NCBI GenBank assembly: GCA_963755715.1
Contig: CAVWLW010000026.1
Location: forward strand, 32,001 to 96,000
DNA: 64,000 nt
Origin: an uncultured delta proteobacterium
GTDB taxonomy: Bacteria; Desulfobacterota; Binatia; UBA9968
Direction: 5' to 3'
Made by a program: the position numbers and the translations under genes. The notes under the pieces were generated by a model. It was not told the origin of the DNA, did not search any database, and saw only the letters and a program-made list of their open reading frames with translations. The first letter of the stretch is position 1. Each line of letters opens with the position of its first letter. Shown here in pieces: positions 1 to 9,562 of the stretch.

Positions 1-69
1 TCGCGGCGTTGACACCCGCACCGAAGAAAAAAGTCGCGGTTTAGATTTAGAAAGAACTAGCAGTCGGAC

Positions 70-111
70 AAAGCGGCGGAAGGAATCGCCTTCCGCCGCT
101 TTTGTGTTTTT
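70..111 (+). terminator. Rho-independent terminator
   Basis: Perfect 14-bp stem AAAGCGGCGGAAGG/CCTTCCGCCGCTTT with a 5-nt loop and T-rich tail. It follows a probable gene end (...AALTPAPKKKVAV*, stop at 42-44). Confidence 0.85.
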
Positions 112-197
112 AGGCGCTGCGTGGTCAATTGCGCGGCCACAGGTCGAGTGAGCCTGTGTAACCGTCTTGCTACCCCCAGGCAGAGCGCGCCCCTAAC

Positions 198-257
198 GCC
201 TAATCGCTCCGGTTCAGCGGCAGCCGCAGGGCCGTCCGCTGCAACCGGTTGTTAGAC
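198..257 (-). mobile_element. Integron attC site (terminal, R' imperfect)
   Basis: Minus strand: GTCTAAC-aaccg-GTTGCAGC...GCTGAAC-cggagc-G|ATTAGGC. R'', 5-nt spacer, L'', L' and 6-nt spacer are canonical; it starts 9 nt after the methyltransferase stop. Confidence 0.8.
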
Positions 258-266
258 CGCTTGATT

Positions 267-1124
267 TTAGGTGGTCGCCACTAGCAGTTCCTCTGAATTA
301 TTTGGCGGACGAAGGCCATCTGTCCTGCCCGCGAAGTAGCGTTGGGCAAGCGTAGCTGCCGATACGTGCTGGACCTCTCTAAAGCCGGCATCGCGGGCCA
401 GTGTCAGCATCTCTGTCGGCGTGAAGAAGCTGATGAAGGGCGTGCCGTTTGCTCGCGCCCCCGCTGCCGCTCGCTCAATCCCGGGACGCACCTCGGGGTC
501 CGCCAGCTCGATCGGAAGCATGAACGACATGGCGAGCGTGGAGCCCGGAGCGAGCGCCGCGACCTGGCGCAGCGTCGCCGCGATCGCGTCCTTGGTCAGG
601 TACATGCTGACACCGGTGGACGCCACGACCGCCGGCCGCCCGGAGTCGAAGCCCGACGCTGCCAGCCGCTCCCACCACGCGTCGCCTGCCTCGAAGTCGA
701 CCGGCACGAGCCGCAGGAACGACGGGATGCCGAGGCCGAGGTCGACGAGGCGCTGGCGCTTCCACGCCTGAGGGCCGGGCTGATCGATCTCGAACACGAG
801 CAGACGGGAGGCAAGCTCCGGCCGACGCTGGGCGAAGGTGTCCAGGCCCGCTCCGAGGATGACGTACTGCCCGACGCCACGGGCAGCTTGTTCCGCGACG
901 AGATCTTCGATGAAGCGGGCGCGGGCCACGATGGAGGCGCGGAAGGGCCGCGTGAACGGGCTCATGTCCGGACGGCTGCGCCATCCGTCGTCTGGAGCCG
1001 CCAGCTTCAAGCCGACTTCGTCTTCGAACACGTGCGGCGGCGAATCGACTTCTACGTGCAGCGCCCGCCACAAGGCGACCCGCACCGCCGTGTTGTCTGG
1101 CGCCGCCACTTGCTTATCATGCAT
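267..1124 (-). CDS. SAM-dependent methyltransferase (LCM/TIGR00027-like), gene cassette
   Basis: Motifs AR.RFIED, QYVILGAGLDT, EIDQP, VDF; bounded by GTTAGAC and GTCTAAC cassette ends. Confidence 0.9.
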   Translation of the reverse strand: MHDKQVAAPDNTAVRVALWRALHVEVDSPPHVFEDEVGLKLAAPDDGWRSRPDMSPFTRPFRASIVARARFIEDLVAEQAARGVGQYVILGAGLDTFAQRRPELASRLLVFEIDQPGPQAWKRQRLVDLGLGIPSFLRLVPVDFEAGDAWWERLAASGFDSGRPAVVASTGVSMYLTKDAIAATLRQVAALAPGSTLAMSFMLPIELADPEVRPGIERAAAGARANGTPFISFFTPTEMLTLARDAGFREVQHVSAATLAQRYFAGRTDGLRPPNNSEELLVATT

Positions 1125-1157
1125 GACGTTCTCTCTCTTGGTTTTCGGCTGTTGTCG

Positions 1158-1215
1158 GTCTAACGTCCGCGTTCAGCCGCCGCCGAAGGCGGTATGCTGC
1201 AACGCGTTGTTATGC
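1158..1215 (-). mobile_element. Integron attC site (58 bp)
   Basis: Minus strand: GCATAAC-aacgc-GTTGCAGC...GCTGAAC-gcggac-GTTAGAC; canonical R''/L''/L'/R' spacing with an extrahelical base. Confidence 0.9.
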
Positions 1216-1277
1216 GGTATTTGAATGGGTGTCGCACAAATACGTGCCCATCTTGCTGGGCTCCGATCGGACGTGCG

Positions 1278-2087
1278 CTATTTGCCCACGAATGTTGGAC
1301 GACGTTTCTCAACGAAGGCTGCTACACCTTCCTGAGCGTCAAGGGTTGGAACTATGCGCGCGAACGCCGCTTCTTCGATTGCAAGCCCATCGTCAATCGA
1401 CGCATCCATGCCGCGATGGATCGCTGAGAGTGCGGCCGCCAGTGTCAGTGGAGGTTTGGTGGCAAGCTCGTTCGCCAGCGCTATTGCCTCCCGAAGAAGA
1501 TCGGCGTCCGCGACGACACGGTTAATCAAGCCTAAGCTGGCGGCCTCTTTTGATGTGAACACGCGCCCGGTCAGAATCAATTCAATCGCCGCCTTCCGAC
1601 CGACATTGCGCGGCAAGCGCTGAGTACCGCCAAAGGCCGGCATTATCCCGATATTAATCTCGGCCTTCGAGAATGTAGCGGTCTCCGCCGCAAGCGCGAT
1701 GTGAGTGGATTCCGTCAGTTCGCATCCCCCGCCGAACGCAATTCCATTTACCGCCGCGATAATCGGCTTGGGGAAGGATTCCACGCGCCGGGTCATCTGA
1801 TGGCCAGGGCGCATGAAGTGCATAACGGCATCCGCTGGTCCAGCTCGCATATGTTTCTGAAACGCCGCGATGTCGGCTCCAGCACTGAACGCTCGGCCAG
1901 CTCCCGTTATCACAACGACCCGAACGGACGAGTCGAGTTCGATGCTATTCAACGCATTCATTATGCCAGCGATTAGCTCATTGCTAAGCGCGTTGAGCTT
2001 GTCGGGCCGGTTCAGCGTCAAGATCGCCACTGGGCCGCGATCCTCACGCAAGAGAATGGAGGACGATTCCTGCTTTGTCATGCTCAT
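1278..2087 (-). CDS. Enoyl-CoA hydratase/isomerase (crotonase), gene cassette
   Basis: Motifs LNRPDKLNAL, FSAGADI, AFGGGCEL, GGTQRLPR; cassette begins at G|TTATGC (2269-2263). Confidence 0.92.
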   Translation of the reverse strand: MSMTKQESSSILLREDRGPVAILTLNRPDKLNALSNELIAGIMNALNSIELDSSVRVVVITGAGRAFSAGADIAAFQKHMRAGPADAVMHFMRPGHQMTRRVESFPKPIIAAVNGIAFGGGCELTESTHIALAAETATFSKAEINIGIMPAFGGTQRLPRNVGRKAAIELILTGRVFTSKEAASLGLINRVVADADLLREAIALANELATKPPLTLAAALSAIHRGMDASIDDGLAIEEAAFARIVPTLDAQEGVAAFVEKRRPTFVGK

Positions 2088-2268
2088 GTTTCCTCGATGT
2101 TGCTTCGGGCTATAGGAATTTCAACTGCCACATTTTGCCAGTAACCAATGTATTTCCTGATATCGCATGCGGTCAACCGCTCGCATTTTCATGCGGACCA
2201 CAATTGGAGCTATCCACTTTCCGCCCTGGGCGACAGACTATTGCGAAATGAGTTTTCTTGCCGCATAA

Positions 2269-2619
2269 CTATTCCGCCAACAAATGATGCTCGTCCAATA
2301 CACACGAACCGAATCGACCCTGAAAGAGGTAGCCGCGCACCCCAGCGGAAAAATTTTTCATCCGTGTGTAGCGCCGGTGCGCTTCGCCGATCGCCCGCGC
2401 CAACAACCTTGCATCGCTCGCCACCACGATGAGATGGGTATGATTTGTCATCAAACACCAAGCCAGAACTTCAACTGAGAACCGCTTCAATTCCTCGGCC
2501 ATGAAACCGAGATGCGCAATTCGATCTCCATCGTCATCGAAGATCGGCATAGATCGTACGCCGCGCTGTGTGACGTGGTGGGGATACCCTGAGGCGACGA
2601 GTCGGGAAATACGCGCCAT
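2269..2619 (-). pseudogene. Truncated Y1/HUH REP-associated tyrosine transposase (RAYT-like)
   Basis: MAR..R, HHVTQRG, CLMTNHTHL (HUH), LFQGRF. It stops before the catalytic Tyr region (RY..RNP) exactly at the cassette boundary. Confidence 0.85.
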
Positions 2620-2839
2620 GCGCGAAACCTAATCGAGTCGAATATTCTCAGTCAAGAGAAAATTGGTATTGTGTCCTCGGAATTCTGCCCCTATCCCACT
2701 ATCGGCCCGCAGTCTCTCCCCGAGGCGACATCGCGTTTTAATATTCATAGTAAGCGGTCCGCTGGACTTTGAACACCTCGACCCCAGCGATCCGAGTGGC
2801 GACGCCTGTGTCTTCGTTCCTCCCGATAAATTTCCCATC

Positions 2840-3964
2840 CTACAACCGATACAGCTCCGCCGCGTTTCTCCACAACACCCGTTCGCGGGCTTCAGCAGTT
2901 AGGCCCTTGAAACAATGATCGATCGTTTCCCGGGTTCGCGGCCAAGTCGAATTCGCGAGCGGGAGATTGGCCGACCAGAGAATATGATCGGCGCCGATGT
3001 AATCGGCGAAGGGTGCGATTTGATCGTACCAAGAATTGAAAAAGCATTGACGCTTGAACATTTGTAAAGGCGTAAGATCGTAACCCTCGCGAGCCAGACC
3101 GTCGTGTTCGAACTGGTGGTCGGCCCATTCCAAATAGAGCATGCCCCAACTGAGCGCGCTCTCAGCCAATACCAAGCGCAGCTTCGGGTGGCGCAACAAG
3201 ACCCGCGAAAAAGAGTAAAGGGAAATCACGAACACAGTCGATACCGGTTTGGTGGCCGCGTCCAGGGCCGCGGCCAGAGCCGGTTTCATCTGCGGCGGCA
3301 GCGGCGACTGTAATTCTGGCGACGCCCCCGCGTGGAGACAGACCGGCACCGCTAACTCTTCGCACACGGACCAGAGCGGGTCGTATTCCGGTCCACTGAC
3401 ATGGGGAACCTTACGCAGGTGCATGGGCAAGGACGGAAAGATCACGCCGCGATGACCTCGGCCCACCGCGCGTCGGATCTCCGCAATCGCCGCTTCGACC
3501 GGCCAGATCGGCACGAGGCACTGCGGGATGAAGCGATCGCTGGCGCTCGCCCATTCATCAATAAGCCAATCGTTGTAGGCTTGGACGCAGGCGATTTCCA
3601 GCTCGGAGTCTTGCAGGCGGCCGAACGTCTCTCCTGCCAAACCGGCGACCGTCGGGTAGAGTACCGAATAGTCGATGCCCGCGGCATCCATTGCCTTCAA
3701 ACGCTCCGTGGGCGTAAACGCCGGCCCCGGCACATCGGCCCAGCGTTTGGGATCTTCATTACGATCCGCCATCAATGCCCCGGCCCGAGCGGTGCGGCCA
3801 TCGAGGAGCAGTTGACCATCCAAGAACCACTGCTCGCTGCCATCTTTCGTGGTTGCTAAATGGGGCACCCGGTCGCCAAACTTTTTCTTGAGCCGATCGA
3901 TCCACAAGTTGGGCACCTCCTGGACATGATCGTCGACGCTGATGAAGCCGTATTTCAATTGCAT
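2840..3964 (-). CDS. Amidohydrolase_2 family protein
   Basis: ISVDDH, VLYPT, AYNDW, CLHAG motifs. Start moved to MQLKYG (RBS AGAGG); the longer ORF runs through a repeat. Confidence 0.88.
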   Translation of the reverse strand: MQLKYGFISVDDHVQEVPNLWIDRLKKKFGDRVPHLATTKDGSEQWFLDGQLLLDGRTARAGALMADRNEDPKRWADVPGPAFTPTERLKAMDAAGIDYSVLYPTVAGLAGETFGRLQDSELEIACVQAYNDWLIDEWASASDRFIPQCLVPIWPVEAAIAEIRRAVGRGHRGVIFPSLPMHLRKVPHVSGPEYDPLWSVCEELAVPVCLHAGASPELQSPLPPQMKPALAAALDAATKPVSTVFVISLYSFSRVLLRHPKLRLVLAESALSWGMLYLEWADHQFEHDGLAREGYDLTPLQMFKRQCFFNSWYDQIAPFADYIGADHILWSANLPLANSTWPRTRETIDHCFKGLTAEARERVLWRNAAELYRL

Positions 3965-3988
3965 GCAAATTTTTCCTCTCTGAAAATG

Positions 3989-4072
3989 TTCACCACGAAG
4001 GACGCGAAGAGCACGAAGTCCGGAGTAATAATCTTTCCGAACCCTTCGTGTCCTTCGCGATCTTCGTGGTGA
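3989..4072. repeat. (CACGAAG)3 palindromic element, copy 1
   Basis: TCACCACGAAGGACGCGAAGAGCACGAAG ... CTTCGTGTCCTTCGCGATCTTCGTGGTGA. Confidence 0.9.
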
Positions 4073-4111
4073 GGGCGGACTTTCTCCCCAAGCACCGCAA
4101 ATTTGGAGCAC

Positions 4112-5260
4112 TTAAGCCGGCAGGACGGCGTCGATCTTGTACAGCCGCACTGCGTTCTCATATTGCATCTTGCATCGGTCTGCTTCAGGCACGCCTTTGA
4201 GAACGCGGTCGACCTCGCGCCAGGAATGCGGATAATACGATGCCACGTGAGGAAAATCGGACTCCCACATGATGTTATCGACACCGATATCATCCCTCAG
4301 CTTGATGCCTTCGGCTTCGAACCAAAAATTCACGTACATTTGGCGCCGCACGATTTCGCTGGGCCGCGTGATCACGCCTTCGGTCCAGAGATGGCGGCTC
4401 TCCCACTCGTGGTCACAGGAAGCGATGACGTAGTTCAGGCTGCCGACACCGGCTTCGGGAAACACACTCACCAAACCGGGGAACCTTTCGGTAATCCCGG
4501 AGAAAATGAATTGCGGCACGATCTGCGCCGGCGTCACCGCCGACGTGGCGGTCTGCGCCGAATGAGCCTGGCGCGGCGAGTAGCCGCTCCATTTGCGCAC
4601 CGAAGAGCCTGCACTTAAGCCCGCTGAGCCATGAAAATGGATTGGTAGCTCCAATGCCTGACAAACCTCCCAAACCGGATACCAGTAAGGATCGGTGATG
4701 TGCGGCTGCCCTTTGGGCATCTGCCCCATCAGGTTAACGCCGCGGTGGCCCGCCGCCGCGGCGCGTTCGAGCTCCCGTTTAATCACTTCCGGCGAACTCA
4801 AGTACGGCACGATCGCCAAGGGCACATACCGGTCGCTGGCCCGGTACCACTCGGCCAGCGCGTCATTGTATGCGCGCACCACGTCCAATTCGAACTCGAC
4901 ATCGCCAAACTCGAAAAACGATCCGCCCGGAGGGTTGGGAAACAGCACTTCGGCGTCGACCCCATCGGCATCGAGCATCGCGAGCCGCGCCTGCGGATCG
5001 TGGTACGCCTTGGGAATTTGTTCGTAGAGCTTCGGATAGGTCGGGAACGGTTCGCCCATCAGAGCGGGACAATTGGCAACGTTGCCGTGCTGCGGCTCGC
5101 CGTACACCGACCAGCGATCGACTCGCTTGCCATTTTCATTCAGCTCAACAATATGCGGAATGCGCTCGCCCCACTTGCTAGCGGACATGCGCTCGATGAA
5201 ATCGTTGCGGTCAAAACCCGCATGGGAATCGGCGCTAATAAGTTTATGTTTGATCTCCAT
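4112..5260 (-). CDS. Amidohydrolase_2 family protein
   Basis: ISADSH, EVLFPN, AYND, IHFH, MWESDFPH motifs; start at MEIKHK. Confidence 0.9.
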   Translation of the reverse strand: MEIKHKLISADSHAGFDRNDFIERMSASKWGERIPHIVELNENGKRVDRWSVYGEPQHGNVANCPALMGEPFPTYPKLYEQIPKAYHDPQARLAMLDADGVDAEVLFPNPPGGSFFEFGDVEFELDVVRAYNDALAEWYRASDRYVPLAIVPYLSSPEVIKRELERAAAAGHRGVNLMGQMPKGQPHITDPYWYPVWEVCQALELPIHFHGSAGLSAGSSVRKWSGYSPRQAHSAQTATSAVTPAQIVPQFIFSGITERFPGLVSVFPEAGVGSLNYVIASCDHEWESRHLWTEGVITRPSEIVRRQMYVNFWFEAEGIKLRDDIGVDNIMWESDFPHVASYYPHSWREVDRVLKGVPEADRCKMQYENAVRLYKIDAVLPA

Positions 5261-5325
5261 ACTTTCTCCTCTATCCTGGCTTTCTTTTACGTATCTCGCA
5301 ACCAACGCGTCACGTTAAAGCAGTA

Positions 5326-5413
5326 TTCACCACGAAGGACACGAAGAGTTCACAGAGTTCGGAGAATGTTCTTATCCAGAAACCTTCGTGTCCTTCGTGA
5401 TCTTCGTGGTGAA
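5326..5413. repeat. (CACGAAG)3 palindromic element, copy 2
   Basis: TTCACCACGAAGGACACGAAG ... CTTCGTGTCCTTCGTGATCTTCGTGGTGAA. Confidence 0.9.
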
Positions 5414-5452
5414 ATCATCATCACAGTACACAGCGGACCATGAGTATTTCTG

Positions 5453-6428
5453 CTACTTCACTTCGTGGCAGGCGACCCAATGGCCGCTTTGTTTCGCTTC
5501 CAATAGTGGCTCTATCGAGCGGCATTTTTCAACCCGGATCGGGCAGCGCGGCTCCAGACGGCAAGCGTCCGGCGGATTAACCGGCATCGTGATTTCGCCC
5601 TTGAGGGAGGGTGGCAGATAGGACGTGAACGACGCAATCGTCGGGTTCGCAGCCAAAAGCGCTTTGGTATAGGGATGCATGGGCGTTTTAAAGATGTTCT
5701 CAACGGGAGCGATTTCCATCATCTTGCCGGCATACATGACACCGACCATATCCGCCAGATATCCCACCACGTTGAGATCATGGGATATAAAGACCATGCT
5801 GAGCTTCAGTTCGCGCTGCAAGCGTTTTAATAAATTCAGTACCTGTGCCTGCACCGAGACATCGAGCGACGACACCGGTTCATCGGCAATGATCAATCTA
5901 GGGTTGGCCGCCAGAGCGCGCGCGATGCCGATGCGCTGGCGCTGGCCGCCGCTGAATTCATGTGGATAGCGGTGTAGCTGCTCGGCATTGAGACCGACCA
6001 GTTCCAGCAACTCAACCACCCTATCAACTTTCGCTACGCCCCGTCGCGCCGCCAAAAATGCTCACCGGCCGTCCAATGATATCGACGACCCTCATGCGCG
6101 GGTTCAGCGACGCGTAGGGATCCTGAAAAATCATCTGAATCTGCTTGCGCAGCTCGCGCACCGCCTTGTTGGGAAGGCTGAGGATCTCTCTCCCTTCGAA
6201 GTAAACCTCGCCGCCGGTCGCGGTGATAAGCCTGGTAATCAGCCGCGCCGTGGTCGATTTGCCACAGCCGCTCTCGCCCACGAGACCGAAAACTTTGCCC
6301 TCCGGGACGGTGAAGGAAATCCGATCCACGGCTTTGAGGATTTGGCGACCCATGATCAACCGGCTGGGCCAACCGCCGCTAAGGTCAAAATGTTTGGCTA
6401 AGTCCTTGACCTCTAGCAGCGACATCAT
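5453..6428 (-). CDS. Oligopeptide/dipeptide ABC ATPase (OppF/DppF-like), frameshifted near 6030-6045
   Basis: N-half has Walker A GESGCGKS; C-half has FSGGQRQR, IIADEP and the Cys-rich tail; split across two ORFs. Confidence 0.85.
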
Positions 6429-7396
6429 GCACCCGGAAAATGACAGGACGCCCAGCTGTCGGGAAACTTTTCCTCGAGCCGCGGCACTTCGGCTCGGCAG
6501 ATCTCCTGCGCCTTGGCGCAGCGCGGGTGAAACTTACATCCGGGCGGCGGATCGAACAAATTACACACCGTTCCCGGAATCGCATGCAAAGATTCATCAC
6601 GCAGCTCCGGGCGGGGAATGGCGTTGAGCAAGGCGATGGTATAAGGGTGCTGCGGCCGTGTAAACAAAATCTTCTTTTCGGCCTGCTCGACCATGGAGCC
6701 GGCATACATCACACCGATGCGGTCGCACAGGCGCGCGACTACGCCGAGATTATGAGAGATAAAGATCAGCGCCATCTTGAATTTTTCTTGGAGCTCTTTG
6801 AGCAGCTCGATGATCTGCGCTTGAATCGTCACGTCCAACGCGGTGGTCGGTTCATCGGCGATGAGCAGCTTGGGCTCGCAGGCCAGCGCCATGGCAATCA
6901 TCACCCGTTGGCGCATCCCACCGCTCAATTCATGGGGATAACGATCCGCCAGCGTCTTCGGTGTGGGTAAGCGCACCATCGCTAAGACATTCTCAGTGCA
7001 GTCGCGGGCGACTTTTTTCGAGTGACCCAAGTGGACCTGGTAGCATTCGCCGATCTGCGTGCCGACGGTTAGCGACGGGTTGAGCGAGGTCATCGGTTCT
7101 TGGAAGATCATGGAGATTTTGCGCCCGCGGATTTTTTCCATCTCCCGCGCTGTCTTCCTGAGCAGATCTTCGCCTTCAAAGATCAGCTCGCCCTGGGCAA
7201 TCCTGGCCGGCGGCGTGGGTACGAGGCGCAGGATCGAGAGCGCCGTCACGCTTTTGCCGCAGCCGGTTTCGCCGACGATGCCGAAGGTTTCACCCTCCGA
7301 GATCGACAAAGAAAGATCCTGGACCGCCGTCAGCACGCCGCGCTTGAGGTGAAAATCGACTGAGAGATTTTTAATATCGAGGAGCGGCGGCGCCAT
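6425..7396 (-). CDS. Oligopeptide/dipeptide ABC ATPase (OppD/DppD-like)
   Basis: [33 protein letters not shown]. Confidence 0.92.
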   Translation of the reverse strand: MAPPLLDIKNLSVDFHLKRGVLTAVQDLSLSISEGETFGIVGETGCGKSVTALSILRLVPTPPARIAQGELIFEGEDLLRKTAREMEKIRGRKISMIFQEPMTSLNPSLTVGTQIGECYQVHLGHSKKVARDCTENVLAMVRLPTPKTLADRYPHELSGGMRQRVMIAMALACEPKLLIADEPTTALDVTIQAQIIELLKELQEKFKMALIFISHNLGVVARLCDRIGVMYAGSMVEQAEKKILFTRPQHPYTIALLNAIPRPELRDESLHAIPGTVCNLFDPPPGCKFHPRCAKAQEICRAEVPRLEEKFPDSWASCHFPGA

Positions 7397-7450
7397 ATTG
7401 GATTTTCTCTTCTTATTCAGTTGATGCTGAGACAATTTGTCAGGTTGATA

Positions 7451-7545
7451 TTCACCACGAAGGCACGAAGAGCACGAAGTTGTAGGGGCGCAGCATGCTG
7501 CGCCCCTTCAGAAACCTTCGTGTCCTTCGTAATCTTCGTGGTGAA
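7451..7545. repeat. (CACGAAG)3 palindromic element, copy 3, with nested GTAG REP (7482-7507)
   Basis: Arms as in other copies; loop contains GTAGGGGCGCAGCATGCTGCGCCCCT. Confidence 0.9.
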
Positions 7546-7551
7546 ATACCC

Positions 7552-8451
7552 CTATCTCTCATACTGACGCGGATCAAAAACATCCCGCAGTCCGTCGCCG
7601 AGGAGATTAAAGCCTAAGATGATCAGCGAGATGGTCAGTCCCGGAAAAAATGCCGCCATCGGCTGGAGCTGAAGAAAAGGGGTTATCTCTTTCAGCATCA
7701 ATCCCCAACTGGCGGTGGGCGGCGGCAGCCCGAGGCCGAGGAAACTCAGTGAGGACTCGGCCAAGATCGCGTGAGCGAAATCGAGGCTGACACGGATGAG
7801 GAGCGGTGACAAACAATTCGGCAGCACTTGTAGAAAGAGAATACTCAGCTCCGACTCGCCCGTCATGCGCGCCGCTTGCACGTATTCTTTTTCTTTTTGC
7901 CCGAGGACGACGGCGCGAACGATTCGCGCGTAAGAAGGAATCGAGTTGATGCCAAGCGCGATGTAGAGAGAATAGAGTCCGCCACCTAACGAGGCGACCA
8001 GAGCGATGGCGAGCAATCTACCCGGAAAGGCGATGATCGCGTCCATAACCCGCATCAACGCCGCGTCGACCCAGCGGCCGCCGAAACCGGCGATGGCGCC
8101 GATCGGAATGCCAAAAAAGGCGCCGAGAAAGACCGCGCCCACGGCCACTTCAAAAGCTGTCCGCGCGCCGAACACAATTCGGCTGTAGGTGTCCCTCCCC
8201 AGGGAATCGGTTCCGAGCCAATGCTCGCTGCTCGGACTTTGCAGACGATTGGCGATGTTGATCTCGTAGGCGTCATGAGTGGCCAGATAGGGTGCGAACA
8301 ACGCCGTCACGAGCCAGGCGCAGACGATAATCAGTCCCAAAAGCGCCAGGCGATTACGGACGATCACACGGCACGCGTCGAGAAACCGCGAAAGATGTGA
8401 ATTCGCGCTATCGGCGGCGGTCAAAGTTACGGGCAATGACTCTTGCTTCAT
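7552..8451 (-). CDS. ABC permease (OppC/DppC-like)
   Basis: HWLGTDSLGRD, EYVQAAR..G, ESSLSFLGLG, NLLGDGLRD. Confidence 0.92.
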   Translation of the reverse strand: MKQESLPVTLTAADSANSHLSRFLDACRVIVRNRLALLGLIIVCAWLVTALFAPYLATHDAYEINIANRLQSPSSEHWLGTDSLGRDTYSRIVFGARTAFEVAVGAVFLGAFFGIPIGAIAGFGGRWVDAALMRVMDAIIAFPGRLLAIALVASLGGGLYSLYIALGINSIPSYARIVRAVVLGQKEKEYVQAARMTGESELSILFLQVLPNCLSPLLIRVSLDFAHAILAESSLSFLGLGLPPPTASWGLMLKEITPFLQLQPMAAFFPGLTISLIILGFNLLGDGLRDVFDPRQYER

Positions 8452-8463
8452 GTTCCGTTCGAT

Positions 8464-9429
8464 CTATTCGAGCTGAATACGCGGGTCCAGCCACTTGTAA
8501 ACGATATCGACGAACAGATTGATGAATACATAAGTCACAGCGATGATGAGCACGCTTCCCTGGACAATCGGATAGTCGCGGGAGTAGACGCCTTCGATCA
8601 AGAGCCGGCCAACCCCCGGCCATGAGAACACGGTCTCAACGATAGTCGAGCCGCCGAGAATCCGGGCTGTTTGCAGTCCCACCACGGTTACGGCGGCGAT
8701 CAGCGAGTTCTTGAGAGCATGCTTAACTATGACCATCCGCGACGGCAGCCCCTTGGCCCACGCCGTGCGCACATAGTCTTGGCTAAGCTGCTCCAGCATC
8801 TCGGCGCGAATATAGCGCGTCAGCGGCGCGGCGAGATCCGTACCCATGACAATGGCGGGCAGGCAAGCATGCTGCAGGAAACGAGCCGGGTCGTCGAAGG
8901 GACTCGCATAGCCGATCGCCGGCAGCCAGCCCAGTATCACGCTGAATAAGACGATCAGCATCAACGCAAGCCAGAAGTTGGGCATGGCAATGCCCCAGAG
9001 AGCAAACCCCATCGCCGCGTAATCGGCGCCGGTGTTCTGGCGCATCGCCGCGATGACACCGGCCGGAATGGCAATCGCCACCCCGGTGAGCAAAGCGGCG
9101 ATTGCCAGATAGATCGTCGCCGGAAAGCGCTCAAAGATGGTCTCGAAAATCGGCCGGCGCGAACGCAGCGACAGGCCCATATCGCCTTGGACGATTCTCT
9201 TGAGCCAGCTCAGATATTGAACGTAGATGGGCCGGTCAAAGCCCAGTTGTTGTTGCAGCGCGCGATACTGCTCGTCATTGACGCGCGTGCGCTCTTCTGC
9301 GTCGATTCCCATCATCACCAGGACGGGATCGCCCGGAATAATGCGCACGATGAGAAACACCGCCATGCTGACCAGGATCAGCACCGGAATGAGCTGCCAG
9401 ATGCGCTGGACGATATAGCGGGCAAGCAT
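8464..9429 (-). CDS. ABC permease (OppB/DppB-like)
   Basis: PGDP, DYVRTAWAKG, ETVFSWPGVG, RDYPIVQG. Confidence 0.92.
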   Translation of the reverse strand: MLARYIVQRIWQLIPVLILVSMAVFLIVRIIPGDPVLVMMGIDAEERTRVNDEQYRALQQQLGFDRPIYVQYLSWLKRIVQGDMGLSLRSRRPIFETIFERFPATIYLAIAALLTGVAIAIPAGVIAAMRQNTGADYAAMGFALWGIAMPNFWLALMLIVLFSVILGWLPAIGYASPFDDPARFLQHACLPAIVMGTDLAAPLTRYIRAEMLEQLSQDYVRTAWAKGLPSRMVIVKHALKNSLIAAVTVVGLQTARILGGSTIVETVFSWPGVGRLLIEGVYSRDYPIVQGSVLIIAVTYVFINLFVDIVYKWLDPRIQLE

Positions 9430-9453
9430 GCGGATTGGCTGGCGATGAAAGAC

Positions 9454-9552
9454 TCACCACGAAGGCACGCAGAGCACCGAGGAGTTTAGGAAAAGGCGGG
9501 TTTCAAACCCGCCCCTACAAAACTTCGTGCTCTTCGTATCCTTCGTGGTGAT
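9454..9552. repeat. (CACGAAG)3 palindromic element, copy 4, with nested REP (9495-9518)
   Basis: TCACCACGAAGGCACGCAGAG...GGCGGGTTTCAAACCCGCCCCTAC...CTTCGTGCTCTTCGTATCCTTCGTGGTGA. Confidence 0.88.
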
Positions 9553-9562
9553 ATCCATGTTC

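Noticed and set aside
109-205. Third, ORF-less mini cassette (TTAGGCG...CGCCTAAA on the minus strand)
   Set aside because: The R'' is imperfect and is followed by the terminator hairpin rather than an attC structure.
3965-4111. N-terminal extensions of ORF-track proteins (also 32636-32659, 35804-35944, 56839-56991)
   Set aside because: They run through repeats or intergenic DNA; starts with family homology and usually an RBS lie downstream.
3989-9552. CACGAAG repeats with unique inserts as a CRISPR array
   Set aside because: Arms are inverted, copies are kilobases apart, and no cas genes are present.
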